Source: Octopus bimaculoides
Lineage: Eukaryota
DNA length: 51,201 nt
NCBI RefSeq assembly: GCF_001194135.2
Contig: NC_068985.1
Span: 11,698,211 to 11,749,411, forward strand
Direction: 5' to 3'
Positions 38,693 through 50,713 of the stretch are shown piece after piece. Every line of letters begins with the position of its first letter. Within the stretch, counting starts at the first letter, position 1. The notes under the pieces are model-generated. The model was given only the letters and a program-made list of their open reading frames with translations, did no database searches and was not told the DNA's origin. A program made the position numbers and the translations under genes.

Positions 38693-38727
38693 GTTTCTGA
38701 CGAAGAGCTTTGCTCGAAATGTAAAAC
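38693..38727 (+). ncRNA. Minimal type I HHR motif of a different family
   Basis: gttt-ctgacga-a-gagc-ttt-gctc-gaaa-tg-ta-aaac; stem III ATGT is consistent with CpG decay of the ACGT palindrome. Confidence 0.7.
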
Positions 38728-39439
38728 TACCGTTCTTTCTTTCCCTGAGCGTCTGCTAATATTTTGCATGTACCTTGCTCTCGCGTTGTTGTTTTTTTTC
38801 CTTGTGTTTAATTTAAGATATATATATAAATACAGAAGATGGAGGTGGAAATAGCAGAGAAGTAAATCTTAGACATTTCAATGGAAGAAGGAATTAAAAA
38901 AAAAAATTGCCAGTATTATATAAGCAAAACATTACCGATTTGGATGTATCTTATCTCATCAAATATCAGTAAAAAATTTATAAAAAATTGTAGTAAAAAC
39001 AGTTTATCTTCTGTCTGCTGAGCTCTAANNNNNNNNNNNNNNNNNNNNNNNNNNNNNNNNNNNNNNNNNNNNNNNNNNNNNNNNNNNNNNNNNNNNNNNN
39101 NNNNNNNNNNNNNNNNNNNNNNNNNNNNNNNNNNNNNNNNNNNNNNNNNNNNNNNNNNNNNNNNNNNNNNNNNNNNNNNNNNNNNNNNNNNNNNNNNNNN
39201 NNNNNNNNNNNNNNNNNNNNNNNNNNNNNNNNNNNNNNNNNNNNNNNNNNNNNNNNNNNNNNNNNNNNNNNNNNNNNNNNNNNNNNNNNNNNNNNNNNNN
39301 NNNNNNNNNNNNNNNNNNNNNNNNNNNNNNNNNNNNNNNNNNNNNNNNNNNNNNNNNNNNNNNNNNNNNNNNNNNNNNNNNNNNNNNNNNNNNNNNNNNN
39401 NNNNNNNNNNNNNNNNNNNNNNNNNNNNNNNNNNNNNCC

Positions 39440-39686
39440 CACAATTATTGAATTCATCCATGAAAATCCACAATCACATATAGAAAAATTTAATAAGTAA
39501 ATACACTAAAAAGACCTATGATTAAAATAAAAACAAAAGTACAAAGTAATAAATTTTATTATTATTATTTTAATATTTATTACTTTGTACTTTTCTGATT
39601 TTTATTATAGGTCTTTTTAGTGTATTTACTTATTAAATTTTTCTATATATGATTGTGGATTTTCATGGATGAATTCAATAATTGTG
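39440..39686. repeat. Near-perfect AT-rich inverted repeat, arms about 113 bp, 20-nt spacer
   Basis: cacaattattgaattcatcc...aaagtaataaat versus atttattacttt...ggatgaattcaataattgtg. Confidence 0.92.
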
Positions 39687-40564
39687 TTTTTTTCTCTAAA
39701 TTATATATATGTGTGTGCGTGCGTGTGTCTGTGTCTGTGTCTGTGCGTGTGTGCGTGTGTGCGTGTGTGTGCATGTGAGTGTGTCACATACCACATAAAC
39801 ATTCTGACTAAAAAGAAAGAGTTCGCTGTTGGAGCCACAAACGTCGAAATCGACGGGAGAATCCAGCATGTATATATATATACATGCTGGATTCTCCNNN
39901 NNNNNNNATATATATATATATACGTGCTGGATTCTCCCGTCGATGAACGGATGGATGGCTGGTTGCATATACATGATGTTTGTGTCTAAACGCGTATGTA
40001 TATGATTCTTCCCAACCAAGAACTCCGTAGGAATACCTTGCAGTATGTCGGCAAAGCGATTAATACATTGTTCTTATTCAAAAAGACAGTCTTCTAGAAG
40101 AAACCCACGATGACAAGTGACACCAATAGCAGAGGACCAGACGTGTTTTTGACTCATATTAAAAGAAAAAGAAAAAAAAAACAGTAAGAAAGAAATAAAG
40201 ACCGCCACCGATGAAACAGTCAACGGTACTTCGAGTATATTTGCTATCTTATTCCATGTTCATCTTATGGCAGTTATTATGTGTTTATTCGTTTATTGAT
40301 TTCACATACACTTCTGCCATAACTAGTTTTAGTTTGTTTTAATAACTACGTGAGTACATTAATGTACAATACACTAATGGACCGAGAGGAATTGTGCTGT
40401 ATTTCGTTGATATCTCAGTTTAATTACCTCTCTCTGATACACACTCACGCAAACACACACACATATATGTGTGTGAGTGTGTGTGCGTTTGTGTGGAGAT
40501 AAATTGATACATATGCGTTTGTATGTGCATCAATTATGGTGTATGTATACACACGCACACACAC

Positions 40565-40623
<59 letters not shown>

Positions 40624-43539
40624 NNNNNNNNNNNNNNNNNNNNNNNNNNNNNNNNNNNNNNNNNNNNNNNNNNNNNNNNNNNNNNNNNNNNNNNNNNNNN
40701 NNNNNNNNNNNNNNNNNNNNNNNNNNNNNNNNNNNNNNNNNNNNNNNNNNNNNNNNNNNNNNNNNNNNNNNNNNNNNNNNNNNNNNNNNNNNNNNNNNNN
40801 NNNNNNNNNNNNNNNNNNNNNNNNNNNNNNNNNNNNNNNNNNNNNNNNNNNNNNNNNNNNNNNNNNNNNNNNNNNNNNNNNNNNNNNNNNNNNNNNNNNN
40901 NNNNNNNNNNNNNNNNNNNNNNNNNNNNNNNNNNNNNNNNNNNNNNNNNNNNNNNNNNNNNNNNNNNNNNNNNNNNNNNNNNNNNNNNNNNNNNNNNNNN
41001 NNNNNNNNNNNNNNNNNNNNNNNNNNNNNNNNNNNNNNNNNNNNNNNNNNNNNNNNNNNNNNNNNNNNNNNNNNNNNNNNNNNNNNNNNNNNNNNNNNNN
41101 NNNNNNNNNNNNNNNNNNNNNNNNNNNNNNNNNNNNNNNNNNNNNNNNNNNNNNNNNNNNNNNNNNNNNNNNNNNNNNNNNNNNNNNNNNNNNNNNNNNN
41201 NNNNNNNNNNNNNNNNNNNNNNNNNNNNNNNNNNNNNNNNNNNNNNNNNNNNNNNNNNNNNNNNNNNNNNNNNNNNNNNNNNNNNNNNNNNNNNNNNNNN
41301 NNNNNNNNNNNNNNNNNNNNNNNNNNNNNNNNNNNNNNNNNNNNNNNNNNNNNNNNNNNNNNNNNNNNNNNNNNNNNNNNNNNNNNNNNNNNNNNNNNNN
41401 NNNNNNNNNNNNNNNNNNNNNNNNNNNNNNNNNNNNNNNNNNNNNNNNNNNNNNNNNNNNNNNNNNNNNNNNNNNNNNNNNNNNNNNNNNNNNNNNNNNN
41501 NNNNNNNNNNNNNNNNNNNNNNNNNNNNNNNNNNNNNNNNNNNNNNNNNNNNNNNNNNNNNNNNNNNNNNNNNNNNNNNNNNNNNNNNNNNNNNNNNNNN
41601 NNNNNNNTATATATATTAAGGAAGAAAGAGAGAGATACATACATACATACAAATACAGTTGTACGTACCAAGAAACAACCATTACTTGTATTGTCTTGTC
41701 GATTTAGACAAAGGAGCATCCAATCTGTTACTCATTTACCGAATACTTATGTATCAAACTCTCTTTAGATTTACAGTGAAACCTATTATCTTAACACATT
41801 GCAACAAAATTCAATCAAACACAAAATAATTGGTTTTGAAGTTTCGTTGTTTCCTGTTTTGTGCTAGCCTTTTTTTTCTTTTAATTCTGAAGGCTTGATA
41901 TTGTTTCGTGCACTGTTATATAGTTGTATCCGAAATTTAAGTACATTGTCATACTTTCGATTGAATCGAAGAATGTTAATGTTAAAGGAATAGTTAAATG
42001 GCATAAATTGGTTTCGGTTTATTTTATATCTTAAGAAATATATCCAATCATTTCTTAGAATAGATAGTCCTTGGGTAGGCGTTTCTCATGCCACTAAATT
42101 ATATTAGAAGTCTCACTAAAATGAAGCAACATATCAAAATTTTGTATACTATCTGAAATGCTATATTTGTGAAAAGGAAGAACATTACAAATGATACGCA
42201 TGGAACATATAAGAAATAAGGTTTCCTACTAGGACACCAGGTCCCAGTTTCATGATATTAGTAGAAAGCACAGCTTCATAGACACCTTTGTTCCTTTCAA
42301 CGTAAGACCTTTCCCGCAATAGACATGTCACTGCAATTTACCGAAGATGTCAGCTGCTCTGGATAACATATTTATGATCTGGTCACCCAAAGAAGCATTT
42401 TCGTTAATTTTACTCACCAAATGCGGAAATTATTTACAGACTTCTGATCATAAATGTTTTCTGTTGCTTGATTTATTGCAAAAGTATAGGTAGAGTACAT
42501 GGCCGTAACTGATGCATGGCATCTCATTTCGGAATTCATTTATATTTCTTTAAAATGATTAGACGAGAAGATTTAAAAGATTATACACTTAAATGAACTC
42601 CTGATATGATTCCACAAGTGCTGTCTTGATTAGCAAATAGCTGTACCAAGAATGAATTTTGTCCCGTTCATTGTTCGTGTATTAAATCTCTCCTGATGAA
42701 ACAACACCAACCTACTAGTAAGAGATATAAACTTAACTTCTTTGTCTTAATATGTAACCAAGCACGGTAAATCTGAAAAAATAAAGAACAAAAAAAGTAG
42801 GGATTGCAACACGTTGCTGTCACTGAAAATTTCTTAGGATAATCTGTCCAGGTTAAATAGAGCTCTCATATCCCAGTGAATGTAATTAATGACGTTAAAC
42901 AATTTATCTGATTGCTTTTAGTACTTTGTTGTTTTCTGTATCGAATGTCATACCAAGATTCACGCAAGTGATGTGTAATTAGTGATTTCTCTTCTGCAGC
43001 TGATTTGTCAGCTGTCAAAAAGTACATAGCAGAGAAGTGTTCCCTCAAGTTTAAATCGATGTTAAGAGTCAGCCTGAATTTGTTTTCTGCAACTTCACTA
43101 GCCAGTCTCCTCAGGATAAGATGAGCTGTGACTTTACATGTATAACAAAGAAAGGTAAATTTGTAATGCTTATCACGATTATATTGTTTAAAAATCAAGC
43201 GCTGGAGAACATGTTTATTACTGCATGTCAGCGAAGACATTCTCAAACGTTTTTGACACAGTCTTTCTGAAATCACATTCATAGACCTCTGAACATGGGC
43301 TCGCAAGCCAAATAAATTTCTTAGACATGTTTTTCAGTATGAAATTATTCAAGTTTATATAGAGATGCCAGTGGCACTCTTTCAGATCTTTGTAGAAAAG
43401 ATGACAGAATATCTTTGTTGACTTTTCTTGGAATAACTTCAAATGATTTTTATCTGCTTTAAGAAATGAAATGAAAAATTTCATTTGGAATATATTAAAG
43501 TTAAATACCATCTAAAAAGACTAGAATAAATGTATTAAT

Positions 43540-45540
43540 GGTAAATCTTGCTCCACTTCACGTCGAAACTTTCACTAAAGCTGTGAGAATTCTGTATAAT
43601 GAGGGTGCACTAGGAATTGACGTAATACATGGATATAGATGCAAGTCTTCGTGGTCGGTAGTAAAAAAAAAACAAAACAAAAAAACACTGGTATGCCTAT
43701 TTAAAAGAACCATGAAGTGCCAGATTAACACACAAGATTAGCTTACCGTTGCACGGATAAATTCTATTGCCAAGAATAAAAGCACTGACTTGTCTGAAAA
43801 ATTAAGGCCTGAATATTGACTACATTCTTTCCACAGACGCTCTCCCTTCATTCCTACAAATGAATGGGCGCTCACGGGAATCTGGTGTCACTACATTTAA
43901 CTAAAAATACTTGCTATTTACGTCGCTGCTACGAAACATCAGGTCAGCAAACCTCGCTCTTTTACAGAAAGCAGAAGTATTATCTTACATGATACGAAGG
44001 ATTATCTGATGTGATAAAAACAGTCCGTAGTGAACATCATATTCTCAGAGGACAGTTTGGTTATACTTCAGTTTATTTTTGCCCAATATGCACTGATATT
44101 TGTTATATAAAATTCCACTGGCCATATGCTGACAAACAAGACACACCATTGTGACTCTTAGTTTGTTTATGGACAATGTAAAGATCTCTATTCGGAATAT
44201 ATGCAATACTAAGAAAGAGCGGCATATAATATCAATATGTTTCTGCGATATTCAAATGGAATTTGCACCCATTCCTTACAAGCATTTACTATTTGAACAG
44301 GAAAAAAAAAAAGAAGTAAAGCAGTTTTATCAATCACGAATATTTTATTTATATGACATCCTATCTCCTCTTTGTGCTATAAATACCTCGATATAGACGA
44401 AGATATATCATGCAAACTTACTCTGAACAAAATCAGAATGACCAAAGAATAGTCCACCTGACTGAAAGGATATGGCAGTCGTATCTTGTATTTCATATTG
44501 AAGCAATATCTCAAAACTCCTTTGCAACACAAGGATTATTTCGAACGTATGGGATACTTCCTCTATGGAGGAAATGCGTTTCGCATATTTCAAACAACCA
44601 AGAAGCTGATTCCAACTGGGAGCATCCAGATGAATAGTAATAGTAACAAGGTCTACCGCAGAAAACAAGGGATGGAAGTGTTTCATATCAAGGCATACCT
44701 TTTAGAGCCGTATGGTGTCAATCAGGGAATATCAACGAAGCAACAGCAGTTGAAATACACAGAAAAACTAATTTGTAAGTAATAAAACGAACATGCCCTG
44801 GGTTGAAAGTGAACACCTCAAGAAGTACTCATTTTTTGTGAAGATCATACACGCGACCTCAGAATCTTTAGATTAGCATAAGCAAAAAACCGTATGAGAA
44901 ACAATCAGCAACAATAAATAAATAAATAAATATTAATAAATAAATAAAAGCTATGCACGGATATGTTTTCCGTAAGCTTGAGTACAGTGCTAACTTAAAC
45001 AGGAAATGTAACCTCTTTTGGACTTATGAAAGCAATGTTTTTGCAATCTAAGTGAAGGAGAAAGCTACAAATTACCTAACGAACAAAAGAGGCAGTGAAG
45101 CCTGCAAACCTCACCAGATGCAGCCCAAAATGTTGTGGAAGACATACATGTGATCAGCAGCTGCTTAAATGTGTCATTAAAGCACTGTCTTACAATGCGT
45201 TGTGATGCTGTTAAAGCAATATGTGTTGATGTTTGAAAGACTTCCGTGGAATACATATGGAAAATACTTTTTTTGTTGAATGCGTACGTAGCTATCAACA
45301 CCCAGACTGTTGGTGGGGCATTCCAGTCAAAACCTCAGCCAATAACAAACCTAAGCAGATTTAATACTATTGTTCAATATGGAAAAGAATATAACTATCT
45401 GCAGTTAAAGTGACCATCTGCACCGAAGAAGCAAATATTGTTTCACAAACTAATGACAAAGAAATAATTTTGCCCAATATTTCGAAACCTACGCTAATCT
45501 TATAAAGTTTTTAAGATTACAGATATAACTACATGCGAAG
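43540..45540 (+). mobile_element. Heavily decayed R4/Dong-like (RLE) non-LTR retrotransposon: RT, zinc knuckle and endonuclease
   Basis: Ordered remnants GIDVIHGY, INSIAKN..LRP, IFSEDSL (QGDSL), LFMDNVK (DD motif), DIQMEF, YKYLDIDE, NSFAT..YGIL, VEDIHVISSC..MR, WWGIPVKT, EANIV. Confidence 0.7.
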
Positions 45541-45581
45541 ATTCCGATAAGAAAACTCAAATACTTAAAAAGTAAAACTAA

Positions 45582-45852
45582 CAGGCATGGCTGTGTGGTA
45601 AGTAGCTTGCTTACCAACCACATGGTTCCGGGTTCAGTCCCACCGCGTTCCACCTTGGGCAAGTGTCTTCTGCTATAGCCTCGGCCCGACAAAAGCCTTG
45701 TGAGTGGATTTGGTTGAGGGAACTGAAAGAAGCCCGTCCTATATATANNNNNNNNNNNNNNNNNNNNNNNNNNNNNNNNNNNNNNNNNNNNNNNNNNNNN
45801 NNNNNNNNNNNNNNNNNNNNNNNNNNNNNNNNNNNNNNNNNNNNNNNNNNNN

Positions 45853-45887
<35 letters not shown>

Positions 45888-46158
45888 ATATGTATGTATG
45901 TATATATGTACGTATGTATGTATGTACGTATGTATGTATGTATGTATTTGTGTAACTGTGTCTGTTCCCCCACTATCACTTGACAACCGATGCTGGTGTG
46001 TTTACCGTCCTGTAACTTAGCGGTTCGGCAAAAAGAGATCGACAGAAAAAGTACTTGACCTACAAAGAATAAGCCCTGGGATCGGTTTGCTCGACGAAAC
46101 GGCGGTGCTCCAGCATGGCCACAATCAAATGATTGAAACAAATAAAAGAATAAAAGAA
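45582..46158 (+). mobile_element. SINE family A, full length, internal microsatellite spans an N-gap
   Basis: ggcatggctgtgtggtaagtagcttgc..ggttcagtccc through ggcggtgctccagcatggcc..aataaaagaataaaag. Confidence 0.93.
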
Positions 46159-46270
46159 CACTGACCTACATAAATTAAGGATTCCCCATTACGCTGAACG
46201 ATAAATATATCGATCAGTTTGCTAATTCATTGAATTATGATGTAAGGGCTGAGTACTCCACATACAAACA

Positions 46271-46520
46271 AAATGCGCCCTTTTTAAAGCCTAGCCAGGC
46301 TCATAGGCCAGTTTTCCCGGTTTCAATGGCGTATGTGTTCCCCAGCTGGACGGGACGCCAGTCCATCGCAGTGTTACTCATCTTTGCCAGCTGAGTGGAC
46401 TGGAGCAACGGGAAATGAAGTGTTTTGCTCCAGAACACAACGCGTCGCTCGGTCCAGGAGTCGAAACCACAATCTTATTATCATGATTCTGACACCCTAG
46501 CCACTAAGCCACGTGCCTCC
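46271..46520 (-). mobile_element. tRNA-derived SINE family B, full length
   Basis: Minus strand ggaggcacgtggcttagtggctagggtg..gtttcgactcc head, gcaaaacacttcatttc..ttgctccagtccactcagctggcaaa domain, tgcgatggactggcgtcccgtccag domain, tail ctggctaggctttaaaaagggcgcatt. Confidence 0.9.
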
Positions 46521-47261
46521 CCACATATACGTCCATCTAAATAATAACCCCCAGAAAAAATGAGCGTGGAAGAATATGTGACAGTTTGGGCATATTGAAT
46601 AACCATGAACTNNNNNNNNNNNNNNNNNNNNNNNNNNNNNNNNNNNNNNNNNNNNNNNNNNNNNNNNNNNNNNNNNNNNNNNNNNNNNNNNNNNNNNNNN
46701 NNNNNNNNNNNNNNNNNNNNNNNNNNNNNNNNNNNNNNNNNNNNNNNNNNNNNNNNNNNNNNNNNNNNNNNNNNNNNNNNNNNNNNNNNNNNNNNNNNNN
46801 NNNNNNNNNNNNNNNNNNNNNNNNNNNNNNNNNNNNNNNNNNNNNNNNNNNNNNNNNNNNNNNNNNNNNNNNNNNNNNNNNNNNNNNNNNNNNNNNNNNN
46901 NNNNNNNNNNNNNNNNNNNNNNNNNNNNNNNNNNNNNNNNNNNNNNNNNNNNNNNNNNNNNNNNNNNNNNNNNNNNNNNNNNNNNNNNNNNNNNNNNNNN
47001 NNNNNNNNNNNNNNNNNNNNNNNNNNNNNNNNNNNNNNNNNNNNNNNNNNNNNNNNNNNNNNNNNNNNNNNNNNNNNNNNNNNNNNNNNNNNNNNNNNNN
47101 NNNNNNNNNNNNNNNNNNNNNNNNNNNNNNNNNNNNNNNNNNNNNNNNNNNNNNNNNNNNNNNNNNNNNNNNNNNNNNNNNNNNNNNNNNNNNNNNNNNN
47201 NNNNNNNNNNNNNNNNNNNNNNNNNNNNNNNNNNNNNNNNNNNNNNNNNATATATATATAT

Positions 47262-47436
47262 ATAGGGTTGGTGCATAATTGTTGCGGCTTCTTTTCAACA
47301 AATTTTATTCAACAAAAACAATAAAATTATTTAACAAACACATCTTTAAATGACTGTCTGACTGTCTGCCAAGTAAAATTGGAAACAATAATTGAAATAG
47401 ATGGTGAATATGCTCCGGTATAATCATTTAAAGATG
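47262..47436. mobile_element. Mariner-derived MITE fragment (MADE1/Hsmar1-like TIR), right arm truncated
   Basis: tagggttggtgcataattgttgcgg TIR; internal inverted pair catctttaaatga / tcatttaaagatg around a transposase C-terminal remnant (IIEIDGEY). Confidence 0.65.
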
Positions 47437-47458
47437 ACCCTAACTAATCTACTCATCC

Positions 47459-47850
47459 TTTGTAATTCGCAGATGGTGATTCGACGAGTTCCCTTCACAG
47501 TGGCTCGCACATCTGCGATGTTTTTCTCTGTCCTGCTAGCTGGGGGGCTTCAAGAACATTCGTCAATATCGACATTTTCTCGGTCATCTTGGAAACGTCT
47601 GAACAAATCATACACGTATGTGGCGCTCATACACTTCTTTCCATACACTTTCTGCAACTTTGCGATGATCACCCGCTACACATCTTCTTTCCAAGCATTG
47701 CTATAAACAGCGAAAGTGAGTTAGAACGTTATATCTCAGTGCGAAAGCATAACAGTGTTCAAGGTCAATCTTTGCCAAGGGGCTTCACGCTGCTTGCTTT
47801 AGCTCCGTTCCTGTGGCAATAGTCCGGATACTTATTGATCAGACCTCATA
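47459..47850 (-). mobile_element. Mariner 5' fragment, same family as 12854-13732
   Basis: TIR tagtccggatacttattgatcagacctca + TA; minus-strand AKLQKVYGKKCMSATYVYDLFRRFQDDRENVDID..NIADVRATV..RRITI. Confidence 0.88.
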
Positions 47851-47899
47851 TGTATTCAACGAGCACACACATATGTATATATATATGTGTACGTGTCTG

Positions 47900-48112
47900 T
47901 TTTGATTTGTGTTTGTGTCCTCCCACCACCACTTGAAAACCGGTGTTGGCGTGTTTATGTCTCCGTAACTTAGCAGTTTGGCTATAGGAACCGATAGAAT
48001 ACTATCAGGCTTAAAAAGAATGGCAGTAGTCAATTCATTCAACTAAAAGATTCTCAAGACTCTGCTCCAGCATGACTGCAGTCTCATGACTAAAGGAAGG
48101 AAAAGACAAAAG
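47900..48112 (+). mobile_element. SINE family A 3' half, degenerate
   Basis: cccaccaccacttgaaaaccggtgttggcgtgtttatgtctccgtaacttagc..ctgctccagcatgactgcagtc. Confidence 0.8.
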
Positions 48113-48569
48113 GTACGAGATGCCTCTCAAACGAGAACATGGAAATACTGCATAGTTTAGAATTCAACTCGTTTTTGCAATCATTGGGCGATTTTGTATG
48201 CAAGTAATGTTCAAATACCATTTTTGTGAAACCATGATTCACAAAACCAGAAATGAAGCACCTATGTAGAATGTAACACTATCAAACCATTCTTGGAACT
48301 GTTGGAATGTGTAAAATATTTGAGAAACCATTCCAGTAGTCTCTGGTCATATATGGAGATATACGAAATTTTGTATATGGACATAAACGTGTCATAACAT
48401 AAATTCACATTGTCTATGACATGTATTCGTTATATAATCCTTCGCAAAAATACGTACGTGCCCTGAGACAGTGGAACTGTCACTCCATCATTTACGACGG
48501 AAGTATATATTTGAGAAACCATTCCTGTAGTCTCTGCTCATATATGGAGACATACGAACTGTCACTCCA

Positions 48570-48778
48570 TCCATTAAGATGAAAACTGTTCTCCTTGATC
48601 TGCTGAGCGGGACAGCCTGCTCGTTAAGTAGCTGAGCACTCGTGTAAGTGGCTGAGCACTCCACAGGCACGCGTAACTTTGAAATTGTTCTAAGGAGAAT
48701 TAGCGTGACACAGAATGTGACAAAGCTGAACCTTGCCATCGTGAACCGAATGCTCTAACTAATTAGCCACGCGCCTTC
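48570..48778 (-). mobile_element. Degenerate SINE: head B joined to tail T with the centre deleted
   Basis: acagcctgctcg..gtggctgagcactccacag..gcgtgacacagaatgtgacaa, then gaaccgaatgctctaactaattagccacgcgccttc. Confidence 0.75.
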
Positions 48779-49188
48779 CTCGTGTGAACATATAAAACTT
48801 ATATACACGCATTCATAAACACACATANNNNNNNNNNNNNNNNNNNNNNNNNNNNNNNNNNNNNNNNNNNNNNNNNNNNNNNNNNNNNNNNNNNNNNNNN
48901 NNNNNNNNNNNNNNNNNNNNNNNNNNNNNNNNNNNNNNNNNNNNNNNNNNNNNNNNNNNNNNNNNNNNNNNNNNNNNNNNNNNNNNNNNNNNNNNNNNNN
49001 NNNNNNNNNNNNNNNNNNNNNNNNNNNNNNNNNNNNNNNNNNNNNNNNNNNNNNNNNNNNNNNNNNNNNNNNNNNNNNNNNNNNNNNNNNNNNNNNNNNN
49101 NNNNNNNNNNNNNNNNNNNNNNNNNNNNNNNNNNNNNNNNNNNNNNNNNNNNNNNNNNNNNNNNNNNNNNNNNNNNNNNNNNNNNNNN

Positions 49189-49252
<64 letters not shown>

Positions 49253-49414
49253 ATGTATATATGCATATATATATGCATATATATATGTGTGTGTGTAAGT
49301 TTGTGTGTATGTATGTGTGTTATGTGTGTGTGTGTGTGTATATAAAAGCTATACGGTACCTGTATAAAAAGGCTATTTTAGTTGTTTCATCGTACATTGA
49401 AAAACCAATGATCA

Positions 49415-49457
49415 ACCGTAATCGATTTTCGATTCCTTTTGGATTCTCATCAGAGGC
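49415..49457 (-). ncRNA. Candidate minimal HHR motif, degenerate
   Basis: Minus strand gcct-ctgatga-gaatcc-aaaa-ggaatc-gaaa-atcgat-ta-cggt; palindromic AATCGATT stem III; one mismatch in stem II and a weak stem I. Confidence 0.45.
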
Positions 49458-50074
49458 ATCTTCATCAGTTTCACCATTTACAGAGAAATAAGCAGCCAAT
49501 CTCTCTTTCTATATATACATGCATATATAATATAATATAATGTAATATATACACATATATGTATATAAATATCTCGGTCAGTTTGATCGTTCATTTCAAT
49601 TATTGTGTTGAGTTCATTTGAATTATTGTATTGGTTTGGGTACTCCACAAATATGTCTACCTAAATAATCATCCACAGACAGAATGAGCGTGGGAGTGTA
49701 TGTGACATTTTGAGTGCATTGAATAACGATGAAGTCGGGAAGAGGGATGCAACGTATGAAAGCGGACCCTCTAAAATTTGGACGGGACAATGAAAGCACT
49801 TGGCTCGGATTTGGGTTTGCACCTACAAAGTAAATTTCGTTCTCGTACTTATGCGAACAACAGTTAAAAATCATCCAACAGGTCCCCACGTATTTTAGGC
49901 CTTTTCAGTTTACCTCAGAAAGCATTCGTCAATCCCAGGATCTGTATAGTAAGGGACATTTGAGCATAGTGGTAAAGCAGCGGTTGGAACCCAAATCTCA
50001 TGGTTGCACAGCGAATTTCTCGAAGTTACATACACACAAACACACGTGCACACACACACACATACACACACGCC

Positions 50075-50180
<106 letters not shown>

Positions 50181-50455
50181 GTTGCATTAAGAGATGGAGA
50201 AAAGAGTTCTGGAATCATGATGCTAGAATAAAATGCCGTGCTTATCGATTCTGACAAACTTCAGAAGATTATAGGCCGGGTTTCACGTAATCGATCAACA
50301 GGTACAATTGAAACTTTTAAACATGTATTTCATATATTCACTTCAGCCCATTGACTGATTAGTTTTTTTAGGTTCAATAAAACAATACATATATGTGTGT
50401 GTGTCTGTGTATGTGTGTGAGTGTGTGTCTATATTTGTTTGTGTATGTATATGTG

Positions 50456-50508
<53 letters not shown>

Positions 50509-50713
50509 ATTATTCGGTTGCCATAATAAAACTCCGAGTTTCGGAGTTAGCTCTTTTGTTTTGTCGTAATTACGGCGAACTTCATGGTAATTTCATTTTG
50601 TTTAACGGTCATTTTCAAAGCATTTTTGTTTTGGCTAAATAACTGACGAAATGCGGAGCAGGTTTCCGCCCCGACATCCAAAACTCGGAATTTAATTATG
50701 GCAACCGAATAAT
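50509..50713. mobile_element. Mariner-type MITE, about 200 bp
   Basis: TIRs tattcggttgccataat.aaa.tccgagttt / aaactcgga.ttt.attatggcaaccgaata with TA at both ends. Confidence 0.85.
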
